Counted from the first letter of the whole stretch, positions 1 through 12,414 are shown. The stretch is DNA of 62,420 bases, filler included, from Choristocarpus tenellus KU-1152 (GCA_964200185.2; 14 parts of 14 records of this genome joined end to end with filler, not necessarily neighbours in it); one strand, 5' to 3'. Translations and numbers: made by a program. Notes: generated from the sequence alone by a model not told the origin.

Positions 1-2751
1 CTGAAGGTGACCTATCTTGAACATCATGATATTCATATGACATTTGTTCTTGCATCTTGAAGGTAACATCTGCTTGAAGTAAGATCGGGTGGTTTGGAGT
101 GACCTTACCAACCCCCCCCTCTTGCAGTTTACCACTGGAACACTCTTATCCTGAGTCATCTTCTGAGGGATTGCTCTCCCTTTTTGACTTATCTCTCTTT
201 GATCTTGCCTCCTGTGGGTCTTCCCGCTCCCCTTCATTACGAAGAACCTGTCGGCTTGTTTCCATCTGTTTCGCATCTCTTTTAGTTAAGTAACAAAGAA
301 GCGGGCAAATACCTACGTGAAGGTGTTGAATACCTCTCACAAATAGTTCCATTCACTTTAGAGGTTATATGAACCAATCAGAAGGCACCTATATATTTCT
401 ATCCCTTCTGATTTCGTAAATTTTCAACAAAATTAAAAGTGTAAAATATATTGTGCCTACTTTTCCTCCGTTTTAGTGAAAACTAGCGTGTAATGTAGGA
501 CTAATGAGAAATATATCGGAAAGAACGAGCACTACATAATACAAATAACTTGAGAAAAGTCTGTAAAAGAACACAACAAACATGGGAAGTACAAAAAATA
601 ATCTATTCTTTCCAGTTGGATTTGCCCCTCCACTAAAAATAAATTATTCGCTACAATCTACAACAGAACAACTATCTTATTATAGTCGGTATAATTTAGT
701 AGTACAACTTGGAACTGTAGGCATAACAAAAATATTGACCTCTAATCACATATGAAGACACTAATACTATTATAATACAAATGCTAGGAGTATATATGCA
801 AAATGTCAATACCATAATAATATATATATGTATCATGATGATGTTAAGGTAAGGGCTCGAAAGTCAAATAAGTTGTGGATGTTTGAACAGGGTTTGTGGG
901 AGGAGAGAAGCAATCAGTGTTGATTGCTTGGAAAGGGGGGGAGCGGGCGAGAGGGGGGGTGCCAAAGGCGGGGTGCTATCATGGTGAGTGTTAATTGAAA
1001 TCGTGATCTTTCTCCGGTTACGATGCCATTTTGTTCTCAAACACTTGGTTGTGAAACTTGATCCCAATCCCTTTCTCCACTAAATACGCTCTTCTGGGGA
1101 CGCCATCGAGTGTAAATGTGTCACTTCTCTCTATTTCAACCTAATGTTGTTGGGGGTTCGAGATGTGAATGGGGCTTATGTTATGCGCGAGCTAGGTATC
1201 CTTTCCGTATGGATATCTGCTGGAGTGGACCTAGGTTTGGACTTGCACAATGATCGCGTTGCTCTCATCTGCTCTCACTTTTATAAACCCAATGACCCCA
1301 GATGACCCTCTATTAGGAAATGATCAATTGAATCGAAGTATGCTCTTTTGCAGACCTGTTTTGGATTCCCAAGTCCATGATATCATTCTTGCATCATCTG
1401 CCAACTCCAATGGGCTCACCATTACCTTGTCACGAAGAGCTGCTTTAGGTGGATATGTCTATTCAAGCAATGAGATCTGTCCAACCCTCGCTAAGAATCA
1501 ACTTGTCGTTAGGATCCGTACATAATATTATCCAAGAAGAGTATTATCCACTCCCTTCTCGGCCATGACAACCGTCCTCTGAAGCTAGCATATGATCTAA
1601 CACCGCAACTTTTAATGACCCTCAATTTTTCGACCTTCACGTGTTGCTGGCGAACAGGCCCCCAAGTCCCCTGTTTCAGGGGGGGTGAGTGGGGTCAGAC
1701 CGAGATCTGGAGGGAGGACTCCCCCTGCTTCCTGCATCAAGGTGAAACTCACTCGGCCAGGTCATCCAATCAGTCCTGTGCAGGTTGCAGTCCTTGGGAA
1801 GGATCGAGAGTGCCGAGACGATTGACGCTTAGGACCTAGGTCATTTTTTTGAAGCTGCCGTTGTTCTCTGAGAGTTAGGGACTGTTTCTAAGATACAGTG
1901 GACAAGTACCACATGTGCCTTACACAAGCTCATACCTATGCTGAATCGTTCAAGCAGTGACTTTGAGTTTTCTATTAGGGAAATAACTTCAGTCATTTTG
2001 AATTTGTTGCATTCGCACTCTCATGATACTCTTTCAATGCTCTAATCTTTCCACCCTACCCTTGGGACAAACGACTGTGAAAAAAATGATCAACTTGCAG
2101 GAGAATGAACCAACTTTCGTGTTCCCCATCAACGATCTTGAAGTGGGAGTGGAACCTCGGGAACGTCCATTTGAGTCCCCACCACTGGCCCGAGGGACCG
2201 CAACACCGATGCTGGCAACTGCGTTCGATGAGTTTTCGCGGAATTGGTCAACCCTTTCCATCGGCCGTTTGGCACAGAAGTCAGTTCCCTGGTGAGGCAC
2301 GTAGAGGAGTGAGGATGTGTTGGTTCAGGGATGTGGAGGATTTGCAGATGATGATGTAGAAAATAGTCACAGTTGTAACATGTGTGGCAGCTCATGGGAA
2401 GATTCTGATATCAGATGGAAGGGGGGGGGAAGATTCCCACCTGCCTGACATGTTTTTTGTGTCCCTCAATTTGTGAGGAGAGAGATGAGATGGTGCCTTT
2501 GTTGTAGAACATTGGTAACACCAGCGTTTTCCCCCTTCCCTCTCTGTGATATAGTGCTTCAAAGATAGAGTCACTTAGTACAGTGAGGGAACTTGAGGAG
2601 TCGGGGGTGAAGGGAGATCGTCAAAATGAAGGCAGTGCTATGTACAGTTTGGTGACTATGGGTGTCGGGTGTGAAGGTGCCATTTTGCTGACCTGATCAA
2701 CCGATCCCCCTTCCTTTCCCCTTCCTCTTCCCCTCACCCTTTTGCTCTTAG

Positions 2752-4930
2752 CATGAAGTATCAGCCAGAGAAGCCACCGCAGTATCCAGCAGATGACCTT
2801 AGTGTGCCAGAGAAGGAAAGCGATTTCACAGTCAGTCAGGAGGACCCCGCTGTGCAGGTTTGCTCCTTTATATGAACTTAGTGACTTAGTGTATTAGTTT
2901 TGGACTTGAGCTTTTGATACTTTCCCATAGCAGCATGTCAAGGATAGAGGAAGGAGGCGAGGGGGAAACGTAAATTGCCGTGGGGAATACCTGTTCAGTA
3001 CCTACGATTGGAAGAGAAGTGATTGATTGTCAAGTATCATCCCTTCCACTCTGTCAAGTGACTTAAAGTATCTTAGAGAGTAGAGCTGCGTCCACTTGGG
3101 GGCCAAAATCCAATGTTGCGATTCTGATATAATTTCGGCTATTGTTTTTGTTAGGAAGTGTCTATGTCCTTGTTCCGTACACACCTTTTCATAACGTTTA
3201 CATTTTACCTACTCCAAAACATTTCAGAGTTGGAAAATTTCATTAAAACCCGTGGGAAGCCAAACCCCAAACGGATAAACAGGGCAAAACTCGTACCCTC
3301 TAAGATGATTTTACTCAAGTGTTGTGGGATGGTTGGTGAAGTATTACATGCTTCATTATCCACATCAATGCTGATTGATCTAATCACATTACCTCCTTTT
3401 GTTTGACTTCATGGATGTGGATAAATATGGGAATTGCAGGCAGGGAGCAAGGAGGTGAGGGTGTTGCAGCACTACCACCCTTCCTACCAAGAGCATCAAA
3501 GCAACTATCACAAATTGCCAGACCTTAAGCGGAGGGCACTCTTGCTTGACAGGTAAGTCTTGATCCTACCCAATGCTGAACATCTGGAAACCATAGTTCA
3601 AGGAGTGCTTGAGGGTATGAGGAATTGGGCAATGCAGGGGGGGGGGGGGTCAGTGTGTGTCAGTGTGTCAGTGGAGAAGAGATTTACCTGTCACTGGTTT
3701 GCTGTGGAACAGGGGGAATAATTTGTTGATAATAAATATATAATATGGTACCATCTGTTCGGTGTGGTCTGTGGAGAGAGGCTTGCGCAGGTGAATGCTA
3801 GGAGAGAGGCTATATGTGGCTATGCTTGCATGACCCTTTGTTTGCTTTGGATCAACAAGAAGAATGAAAGGAGAATGTAGCCAAATTGTGTTGGGAAGAG
3901 AAGAAATCTTGCATGGGAAGCTTCTTCCTTTCCCCCTCCCAGTGCCATTAGCGATGGTCTGTTTTGTATGGAGTCGATAATGACATGTAATTGCTACAGT
4001 ACTGTGCCACAGTTAGCACCTCGTGCTTCTCCCCCCTCCCTGCCCTATATTCCCCCACTTGATGGTTATTTTGATCAGATAGTTTACGCAGTGCTATTCA
4101 ATGATGTGGCACCTGACTCCTTTTTGGGGCAAATGTGTGATACAATTTTTTTTTCTTCTTATGAAACCCCTGCAAATGCAACTAGTACCTAGCGAAGATA
4201 CCCCCCCCTCCACCCCCCCACCCAGAACATATACCAGAACATACACCCACCTGTTGCCTTGAACCTGATATGCAGTACATCTCCACTAATCTCGTACATC
4301 TTGTGACAGGCCTGCCCACTTCCTCTGGATGGAGGTGGCGTGCCAGGCTCTGGGATTTCGTATGGGGGAGGTGGAGCCGCTGTTTTGCTCATTGGGGCTA
4401 TTCCGCATTGTAGGGAAAATGGGCAAGAAGGGCTTTGAGGTGGAAATGGCTGACAGTGGGCGAGTTTCAGAGTGTTTCTGGTGAGTGGGGGAGGGGGAGG
4501 AGTGAGAAAAGGAGAACAGAAAGGAGGGGGGCAGAGGGAAGTATGTGCCATTGGAAGGCTTGCAGGGATAAGTGGATAGTTTTTGAGTTCGTGTTTGAGT
4601 TTTGGGCTAAGGAATCTTGTCTAGATATATCTACCGTGTGCAGTACTATGCTGTGTATGTACTGCTGTGGAGGATTTTGTGACTCCTCTTGTGTTTGTGT
4701 GTTGAAATTGACGTATCATTTTATATATATATATGTATGTAGGAAGTATGGTAATTATCCAACTCCGGATGAGGTAGTGGGCCATCCCCTGTATCATGGG
4801 CTACTCTACCTCTCTATTGATCGAACAGATAACTGTGTCAAATGTGTTGTCTACTGTTGTCCTATGTACTACATTGCAGGATGTATTTTTCAGAACTGAT
4901 CGCGACATCTGGAGTTATAAACCCATATAG
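2752..4930 (+). CDS. Probable 3' part of an unknown spliced gene (exons 2752-2857, 3440-3552, 4743-4773, 4880-4930)
   Basis: Exons are AG/GT bounded with matching phases (0,2,0) and there is a long polypyrimidine tract before 2752. Joined frame: MKYQPEKPPQYPADDLSVPEKESDFTVSQEDPAVQ-AGSKEVRVLQHYHPSYQEHQSNYHKLPDLKRRALLLD-RKYGNYPTPDE-DVFFRTDRDIWSYKPI*. No family recognised. Confidence 0.5.
3060..3316 (+). mobile_element. MITE family A (~255 bp, Sola-like GAG...CTC termini)
   Basis: TIR AAAGTATCTTAGAG.GTA; 4-bp TSD AAGT/AAGT. Confidence 0.9.
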
Positions 4931-5134
4931 TTCTACCACGCTTTTAGTGAACTGTACATCAGGTCAAAGCGTAACAGTCATATTGGGTCTTTGTTGCATA
5001 CATGTTAGTAGTATCACACAAGTATCCTAGACTATATCTTGAAATTTTGTTGGAGACGATCCAAGGGAAAATGTGGTGGAGAAACGATTCAATTGGTTGC
5101 TGATATAGGTAAGGAGGAATGTTTGTTTGATGTT

Positions 5135-5396
5135 GAGTGAAAGTATCTTAGGGTTAGGGTACGAGTTTTCACCTATTTGTCCGTTTCGGGCTTGACTTCC
5201 CACGGGAATATTATGGCATTTTCCTACTCCGAAATGTTTTGGAGTATTTTGTATACGCTATGAAAAGGTGTGTCCACAACAAGGATAATGGCACTTCCTA
5301 ACAAACACGATAGCCAAAATTACATCAAAATCGTAACATTGGATTTTGGTCCCCAAACAGACGTGACTCTACCCTAACCCTAAGATAGTTTCCCTC
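5135..5396 (-). mobile_element. MITE family A copy with telomere-like TIRs
   Basis: Family A internal sequence; both TIRs read TATCTTAGGGTTAGGGTA; flanks TGTT/GGTT. Confidence 0.9.
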
Positions 5397-5905
5397 GGTT
5401 ATGGATAGGGTACGATGACAAACCCATTAGATGGGGAGTACACTATAGTGCAATAGTGTGTGTCTAATCTTCAAATGTGTGTGTTTTTGTATATTCCTTG
5501 AGGTTTATTAAGATAAAGGTTGTGTCCGGTGGCCATAGATACTACTTGAAATATATCTTTTTATTTTTCTGGGTGGAGAGTGAGTACCACGGGAGTCATT
5601 CCTTCTTTTTTGTTTTTTATGAGGTAGATGTGAAGTGCTGGGCTATGAAAAAGCCTTTACTTCTATCACTTGAACTGTATGAGACATGCCCCATCCATAC
5701 GATTTTATGAGACTCAGTTGTTTGAAGGTGCAATCTGTAACCTTTTCCTTTTTTATTGTTTACATATCAGAGGAAATTGGCCAAGATCAGTAAGGGTCTC
5801 TTTTAGCTAGTTTTGGGTGTGGTATTTGAAATGTTGTGAGGACTTTGTGATGAACCTAGTTAAAGACTGCTGATCCACTTTGCAGCGCATTGAGGAGGTT
5901 GACAG

Positions 5906-5952
5906 CATAGTATCATAGTATCATAGTATCATAGTATCATAGTATCATAGTA
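5906..5952. repeat. 8-bp microsatellite (CATAGTAT)n, ~6 units
   Basis: Direct reading. Confidence 0.9.
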
Positions 5953-6250
5953 ATACTGTGGTACTGAACATGCTCTGTTAGTAGCAGGGTCAGTTTGTCG
6001 TATGCGGTATTCAAGGGAATGAAAAAAAAATATTGTTAGAGGCTAGTGCAGGGTAGTGAAACAGTTAGGGCCAGAGCAGGGTAGGAACAGAATGAAGTTA
6101 TAAGTTTGATATACATACACCAGAAGTTCAGTAGGCACACATCCTCTTTGGCTGTTAAGGTTTTTTATTGCTCTGGCGTTTTATGCCGATACATTATTTC
6201 ACCAGTTGTGTTGTCTGTGATGTAGCTGATCCTCTACAATACGACAATGG

Positions 6251-6582
6251 GGACTATTTAGAATGGTCTGTGTACCTGGACTATTTAGAATAACCTGTGT
6301 ACCTGGACTAATTAGAATGACCTGTGTACCTGGACTTATTAGAATGACCTGTGTACCTGGACTGTTTAGAATAACCTGTGTACCTGGACTATTTAGAATG
6401 GTCTGTGTACCTGGACTATTTAGATAACCTGTGTACCTGGACTAATTAGAATGACCTGTGCACCTGGACTATTTAGAATGGTCTGTGTACCTGGACTATT
6501 TAGAATGACCTATGTACCTGGACTATTTAGAATGGCCTGTGTACCTGGACTATTTAGAATGACCTGTGTACATGGACTATGT
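6251..6582. repeat. 27-bp minisatellite (TGTACCTGGACTATTTAGAATGACCTG), ~12 units, running to the contig end
   Basis: Near-identical tandem units with no spacers. Confidence 0.95.
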
Positions 6583-6586
6583 CGAA

Positions 6587-6686
6587 NNNNNNNNNNNNNN
6601 NNNNNNNNNNNNNNNNNNNNNNNNNNNNNNTTAATTAATTAANNNNNNNNNNNNNNNNNNNNNNNNNNNNNNNNNNNNNNNNNNNN
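6587..6686. other. Artificial contig linker (44 N + TTAATTAATTAA six-frame stop + 44 N). Identical linkers at 9601-9700, 15154-15253, 19170-19269, 23442-23541, 26603-26702, 31045-31144, 38464-38563, 44722-44821, 47739-47838, 52554-52653, 57049-57148, 59682-59781; a separate 10-N gap at 59137-59146
   Basis: The same 100-nt structure occurs 13 times, and TTAATTAATTAA stops all six frames. Confidence 0.98.
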
Positions 6687-6835
6687 CCCACCCCACCCAG
6701 ATACTTTTGAGTTTGTTTTCACAATTTATATATTTTTTATTTCCTTGGTGTAACTGACGACACTATTTTGTATTTGTTTTGTGTGTCCGTGTGCGCTTTT
6801 AAAATTTAAAATTGGATGTGAGCAGTCCTCCACAG

Positions 6836-9329
6836 TGTCTAATATGATCCTACCCATATGCTTCAAGAGAATCCCGGCGAAACAACTATTGAGTGAGCTG
6901 TTTGAGGGGAAGCCTTCATGGCTCTTGCTGAAGGAAGATAAGGTACTTCAATTGAAAGTAATGGTGTGTGTGTGTTTATGTGTATGTGTGTATATGTATA
7001 CTGATCGTAGTGTTGTTTAAAGTGTGCAGTGTTGCCATTTCAGTTTTTTTTTTTGTACATGTATATGGAATTGTGACAGAAAGATGAACTGGCTCTCTTA
7101 AAAAATCTGTATTGACTTTCACGTAACTCATTCCAAATGTATATTTTTATTGTTGTGTTGATGATATTATACTGCACTACACAAATATTTACTTGAAATT
7201 GGAAGGGGGTGGGGAGGTGGTGGGGAAGGGGGCAGACGCAAGACTCTTGCCCTAAAGATGCAATGTACATAGCCCTGAGAAGAGTCTCATCTGTGGCATA
7301 CTAATTGGATTAGCGTTTCGGTCAGAATTTCATAATAAAAAAACTAAATATATATTTTTTTCTCCTACCCAGTTTTTTTTATTTATTTCAAGCATGTCTT
7401 CATTGTGCTTAGTTTTTAAATTTTATTCCTCTAAGGTCTCTCTCTCTCTCTCTCTTTCTCTCGGTGTAGTGTGGACAGATTTAAGACTTGTTAAGCAGGA
7501 TGTGGGAATTGCAGGTTGTATTGGTTTGTTGATAATTGTCATTCATCATTGGTGGAACCTTTTGAAATTAAGAAAATATTAGCATTGCATGAATGATCTG
7601 GCCCAAGTGAAAATATCGTTTTTTTTCTTATTTTTCAAATTTGTTTCTTTTTTTTCCGGGTGGTTCTAGGTACGTTCGATGAGAACCGATTGAGTTTCTT
7701 GTTTTTTTGTATGAGAAGATTTTTTAATTTTTAAAAAAAAGTAGTAAACGATCGGGCGAGAGAGTAATTAATTAATTTTTTTAAATTAATCTAGAGATGA
7801 AGGGAGGAGAGGGAAGAGTTTTTGATTCCATGTCTTCTGTAGTTAATAATAGGAACACTTTTGATTTGAGCACGTGCGTGAACTCTTGGTAATTATTCTA
7901 TTTCTTGTAATTATTCTGAGGAAACTGTTCTCACAATCGTGTCTGCTTTTAAACAATATCTATCCCGTGTGTGTGTGTAATTTTTTTTTACTGAATAAGT
8001 ACACACACTTCAACACTGTTTTATTTCTGAATTTGATTTTAGTTTATTTTGATTTATTTTGATTAAAACGAATATTATGAACATACACACTCCAACAGTT
8101 TCATTTCTGAAATTAGTTTTAATTCATTTTGATTTATTTTGATTAAAACGAATATTATGAACATACACACTCCAACACTGTTTTATTTCTGAAATTAGTT
8201 TTAATTCATTTAAATTTTAAAAGTGATGAACGAGTGAGTATACACACTCCAACACTGTTTCATTTCTGAATTAAATTAAATTAAATTAAATTTTAATTTT
8301 ATTAAAAATATATAATGAACAAACATATATATATATACGCATGTCAACACCATTTCATTTACATTTTAAATTTTCCTTTTATTTGATCTTATCTTTTTTT
8401 ATTTTCTGTGTGTCTGTGTGTGTATATTTTTTTTTTTATATACATGCATGAAACTGTCGTCATAACCAAAAGGTGTTGGGTAATCTACAAGATCACGAGT
8501 TCCCCGGGTCTGTTCTGGTGAGACTTGGATTTGGCCTCTACTCAGACTTCTATCGAACCAGAGACATATGGAAGGCGGTGCAGGGCCTTCACAAGAGAAA
8601 CAGCTACGAATTACGCCTCCATATTTACCAGGCAAGAGCAGAGCTGTGTGCTGTGTGTTGGGTGTTGGGTAGGAAGGATTACACCAGACTGATATATATA
8701 TATATATATTATTAATTTTTAATTTTATTTTTTTGTTTTTTGTGGAGGAACTGAACGGCGGTGTGTGTGGGTGTGTCATATAATCTTTTTTGTTTATTTT
8801 GTTTTTATTGATTCATTATTTGTATTTTATATGTGTTTTTCTTTTTTGGTTGTTGAAGGTCATGTTCTCGGTTGGTGTGGTTTTGTAGGAGAACATGACC
8901 TTCAACAACCAAAAAAAACACATAAGAAATACAAATAATGAATCAATAGTTTTTGCTGGGTTGGCATGTTGACTCGACTGTTGCGGATAGAGTTGACTCA
9001 GGAATATCTCTCTCTCTCACACGCGCGCACACACACACACACATTTATTTATTTATTTTTCTTTCTGATGAAATGTTCTGTTTAAATCGCCTCAGGTGGT
9101 TCTTCTGTTTCATTTAGGTTGTGTGTTGGAGAGAAAAGTATTTTTTAAATTTTGCGTAAGGCCTTCCATGGAGATATTCGGTATACTCTGAAGTGCTCGT
9201 GTGTGTGTTGATAATGTTTCCTTTTAATCTCACTTAATCCCATTCGCTGTCATACAGGGGCGGGACTTCCCTTCTCTAGACGACAACGGTCTCATGGATC
9301 CCTACCTCAAAGTGAAGTTCCAGGGTCTG
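6836..9329 (+). CDS. Ferlin-like multi-C2-domain protein, internal exons (~6836-6942, 8473-8631, 9258-9329)
   Basis: Spliced frame ...PICFKRIPAKQLL...PSWLLLKEDK|VLGNLQDHEFPGSVLVRLGFG...YELRLHIYQ|GRDFPSLDDNGLMDPYLKVKFQGL matches the C2 start motif (Y.LR.HIYQ.R.L...D..G..DPY). The donor at 8632 is GC. Confidence 0.75.
8001..8270. repeat. AT-rich ~80-bp tandem repeat, ~3.5 units, intronic
   Basis: ACACACTCCAACACTGTTT...TTTCTGAA recurs at ~8003, 8085, 8165, 8242. Confidence 0.8.
8806..8948 (+). ncRNA. Intronic long hairpin, candidate pre-miRNA
   Basis: Arms 8806-8869 and 8889-8948 are near-perfect reverse complements with a 19-nt loop; lies in the ferlin-like intron 8632-9257. Confidence 0.4.
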
Positions 9330-10289
9330 GTAAGTGGACAAAACCCCTCATGAAATGTAACTGATGATGATTATAAAGCTTTTTTTTTATAATGCTGTTT
9401 TCGTAATCGTTCATGGTAATAATAATAAAATTATTGTAAAATTTCTAGCACTCTTGCTTTTTTTGTTAGTGAAGAGCAGTGTTCTTCTATCCATGTCATC
9501 CCTTAAGAGTGTTGTATCCTGATGTGTTTGTATTTTTATTATCTTATCACATCAGGGCTTTGGCCTTCCCCCCCCCCCCCTCATCTTTTTCTTCCTCCTC
9601 NNNNNNNNNNNNNNNNNNNNNNNNNNNNNNNNNNNNNNNNNNNNTTAATTAATTAANNNNNNNNNNNNNNNNNNNNNNNNNNNNNNNNNNNNNNNNNNNN
9701 CAGTCGCTCTGCGTTCCACACAAATAGCATAGTATAGCGTACGTCACTTTAGTTGCATCACATATTGTTTCGATGTTGTTCTGTTGTTCTATTGTTTGTT
9801 TTTCTTTCACTATTTCTCCTTATCAGCAGAAGATGACAGTTGTAATTATTATTTCTTTCATGACTGCCGTTGATCTCTCAAATTGCATCAACGCCACCCT
9901 GCAAACTGCGTATCAAACACACATGAATGAAATATAATCAGAGTTAAAACCGTCCGCGGAAACCCTTGCCAGTCAAGGTAACAAGCCTCTCCACAGAGCA
10001 TGGACTTCTTTCGTTGAGTACCACATGAAAGAACACTGAATTCACATCGCATCATTCTTGACTGAGAGATCAATGACAGTTACAACAGAATAAATAAATT
10101 GGTGCTTTGCAGTACAATCACACCTATACATAACATAGACTACGCATATCACTCACCAGTGCTTTGCAACACCATGATTCCTCACCGCTAGTAGTCTACG
10201 CATTTTGCCTACACGTACGATGCATTCTATTCAGGCTTCAACATAAACAGCCAGAATACTTACAGTGGATGTTGAACCGCCTTCTCCAA

Positions 10290-10560
10290 TCACGATAGTT
10301 GGAGTTGTCCACCAATTTGGGCGGTTGGCCTTTGATCGCTGCCTCCTCCTGTAGGGAGCACGATCACTTCCAGACCCTGATATCGCCCGAGAACCTGATC
10401 TCCGGCTGATATCACTCCGAACACTAGGTCCGTTCGGACTGTTGCCATTTCGGAACCTCCACCTACAACGGGTTCAAGAGGTCCAGCTTCGGCTGGTACA
10501 AAGCCAGCTGGGGGTCATGTACTGGGCACAGCGGCTTGGACAGTCGGATGATCCCCACCG
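10290..10560 (-). mobile_element. Ty1/copia fragment (integrase-RT linker region)
   Basis: Homologous to 23040-23270 (GAACC.GA.CTCCG.CT; GTGCTGGGCACAGCG.C.TGGAC). Confidence 0.5.
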
Positions 10561-10608
10561 CTGACTCTATTAACATTCATATCAAAAGACGATCCCACTC
10601 TAGGTTCA

Positions 10609-10866
10609 GAGTGAAAGTATCATAGAGGGTACGAGGATTGCCCTGTCTGTCTGTTTGAGACTTCACTTCCCATTGGTTTGTTATGACATTTGCCTACTTC
10701 GAAATATCTTGGAGTAGGTAAAAAGTATATATTTTGAAAATGTGTGTCTGGATCAAGGATATTGACACTTCCTAACAAACACAATAGCCAAAATTACATC
10801 AAAACCGCAACGTTGGATTCTGGCCCCCAAACGGACACGGCTCTACCCTCTAAGATACTTTAACCC
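10609..10866 (-). mobile_element. MITE family A
   Basis: Both TIRs present; TSD TTCA/TTCA. Confidence 0.92.
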
Positions 10867-11397
10867 TTCAGTTCTTGCATCGTCTTGGGTCCTCCATAGT
10901 AGTGGAGAGATGCTGATAATGATCTTCAGCAAGGGTGGCCTTACTTCGGCCCTTACCATGGACTGATGCCTCTTCTTCTAGGGAAGACATGATAAGCACG
11001 GGTAGAAACCCAATAATATATTGTGTAAAAGTATCCCCCGGCTCATATATGTATAGAAGAGATAAATACAGGGGTATTACCAAATGTTGTAGAGTGATTA
11101 TTCCCAAGCAGAGGGGGCGACCATACAATTCAAAACACCACGCTTAATGGAATCAATTCCTATCTATCCGTTCGTATATAAGAACAAATATGGATTAACC
11201 GACGAATAACCCTTGTATTCTGACTCTGGATGTTTACTAGTAGTGATCTCCGTTACAGTTGGAGGATAAGTCTATTCGAACGCATACTACTTCCCATCTC
11301 TTCCTCTCTTCTTCCATAGGGACACAAACAGCAGTCTAAATTTGCACAGCTCATGAGCCTCAATGGTATGGAGAACGACATGAAGAATTGCCCATCT

Positions 11398-11554
11398 AAC
11401 AGCCGATTTCAAAAATTGAGGATGGAACTTTTCATTGAGGATGGGCTTGATCTAAAATTGACTGGGATAAAGTGTCGATATGTATTTAAATCAATTTTAG
11501 ATCAAGCCCATCCTCAATGAAAAGTTCCATCCTCAATTTTTGAAATCGGCTGTT
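11398..11554. mobile_element. Foldback MITE family C (AACAGCC...GGCTGTT, ~63-bp TIRs)
   Basis: Long perfect inverted arms; TSD ATCT/ATCT; further copies at 32416-32585 and 31145-31195. Confidence 0.92.
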
Positions 11555-12414
11555 ATCTGCATCACAATGGACTTGAGCACCACCAGGACTGTTATATCAC
11601 GCTCCATAAGCTTACCTCCACATGATTTATAGCTCGAATCCACAGGCCTATAGATGTCGCTGATGCTTGTACAGGACTCCTGGGATACTCAGACAGTCAA
11701 AAGATCCAACGAAGATTATGTGTATCAGGTCAGCAAATAAAGGTATTCTTCTGAATCAATAACCATGTGCGTAAGAATAGGTATCAGGTATAGAAGAGTG
11801 AGAGAGAGAGAGAGATGCGTTGATCTTGCGTTGATCTTGCGTTGATGATCTCTTTTATCACCATCTAACGTTATTTGTTCTGGTTCACAGACATTTAAAT
11901 ACATCTGAAAACCGTCACATACATTCCCAAGCTACAGATTTTTCTCTGCAACTTTTAGCAAATCGGAGTTCCCCCTTTTGGGGTTCCTCACGTGCGTACA
12001 CTGCTTGTGGTGGTTGGAGCACGGGAGGAAATACTTACGCTATTCGCCTGTAATAGGAGGACAGTCAGTGGAGACCTGGACAATATGGAGGTTATCTGTG
12101 GTGAGTTACGCCGATGGAAAGGGTCTGTACGACATTCGGCTGCGAAAAGGCATGGTCCCTGAACTCATGGAGAGACCATCCAGAACCATCTATATCAGAG
12201 GCACCCTGGCAAATTCGGTTGTAGGCAAAGGGTCGCCTGCACAGACTTTAAAGTCTGGGGAGTAAGTACTACCTACTCTAGACCACCAAGAGCATCTTCT
12301 ATATCGAAGGCGCCCTGGCAAGGCAGGTTTTCGGCAAAAGGCCGCCTGCATAAGACTTGTAAGTCTGGAGGGAGCAAGTACCGACTACTCCAGACCATCC
12401 AGAACCATCTTCTA

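Noticed and set aside
1640-1680. tRNA-Lys primer-binding-site-like sequence
   Set aside because: Only a partial match, and no LTR or pol nearby could be confirmed
6251-6582. 27-bp repeats as a CRISPR array or a 9-aa repeat protein (CVPGLFRMT)
   Set aside because: There are no spacers, some units contain in-frame stops or indels, there are no cas genes, and the context is eukaryotic
6631-6642. Recurrent TTAATTAATTAA palindrome and ORFs ending in X...LIN
   Set aside because: Artificial linker
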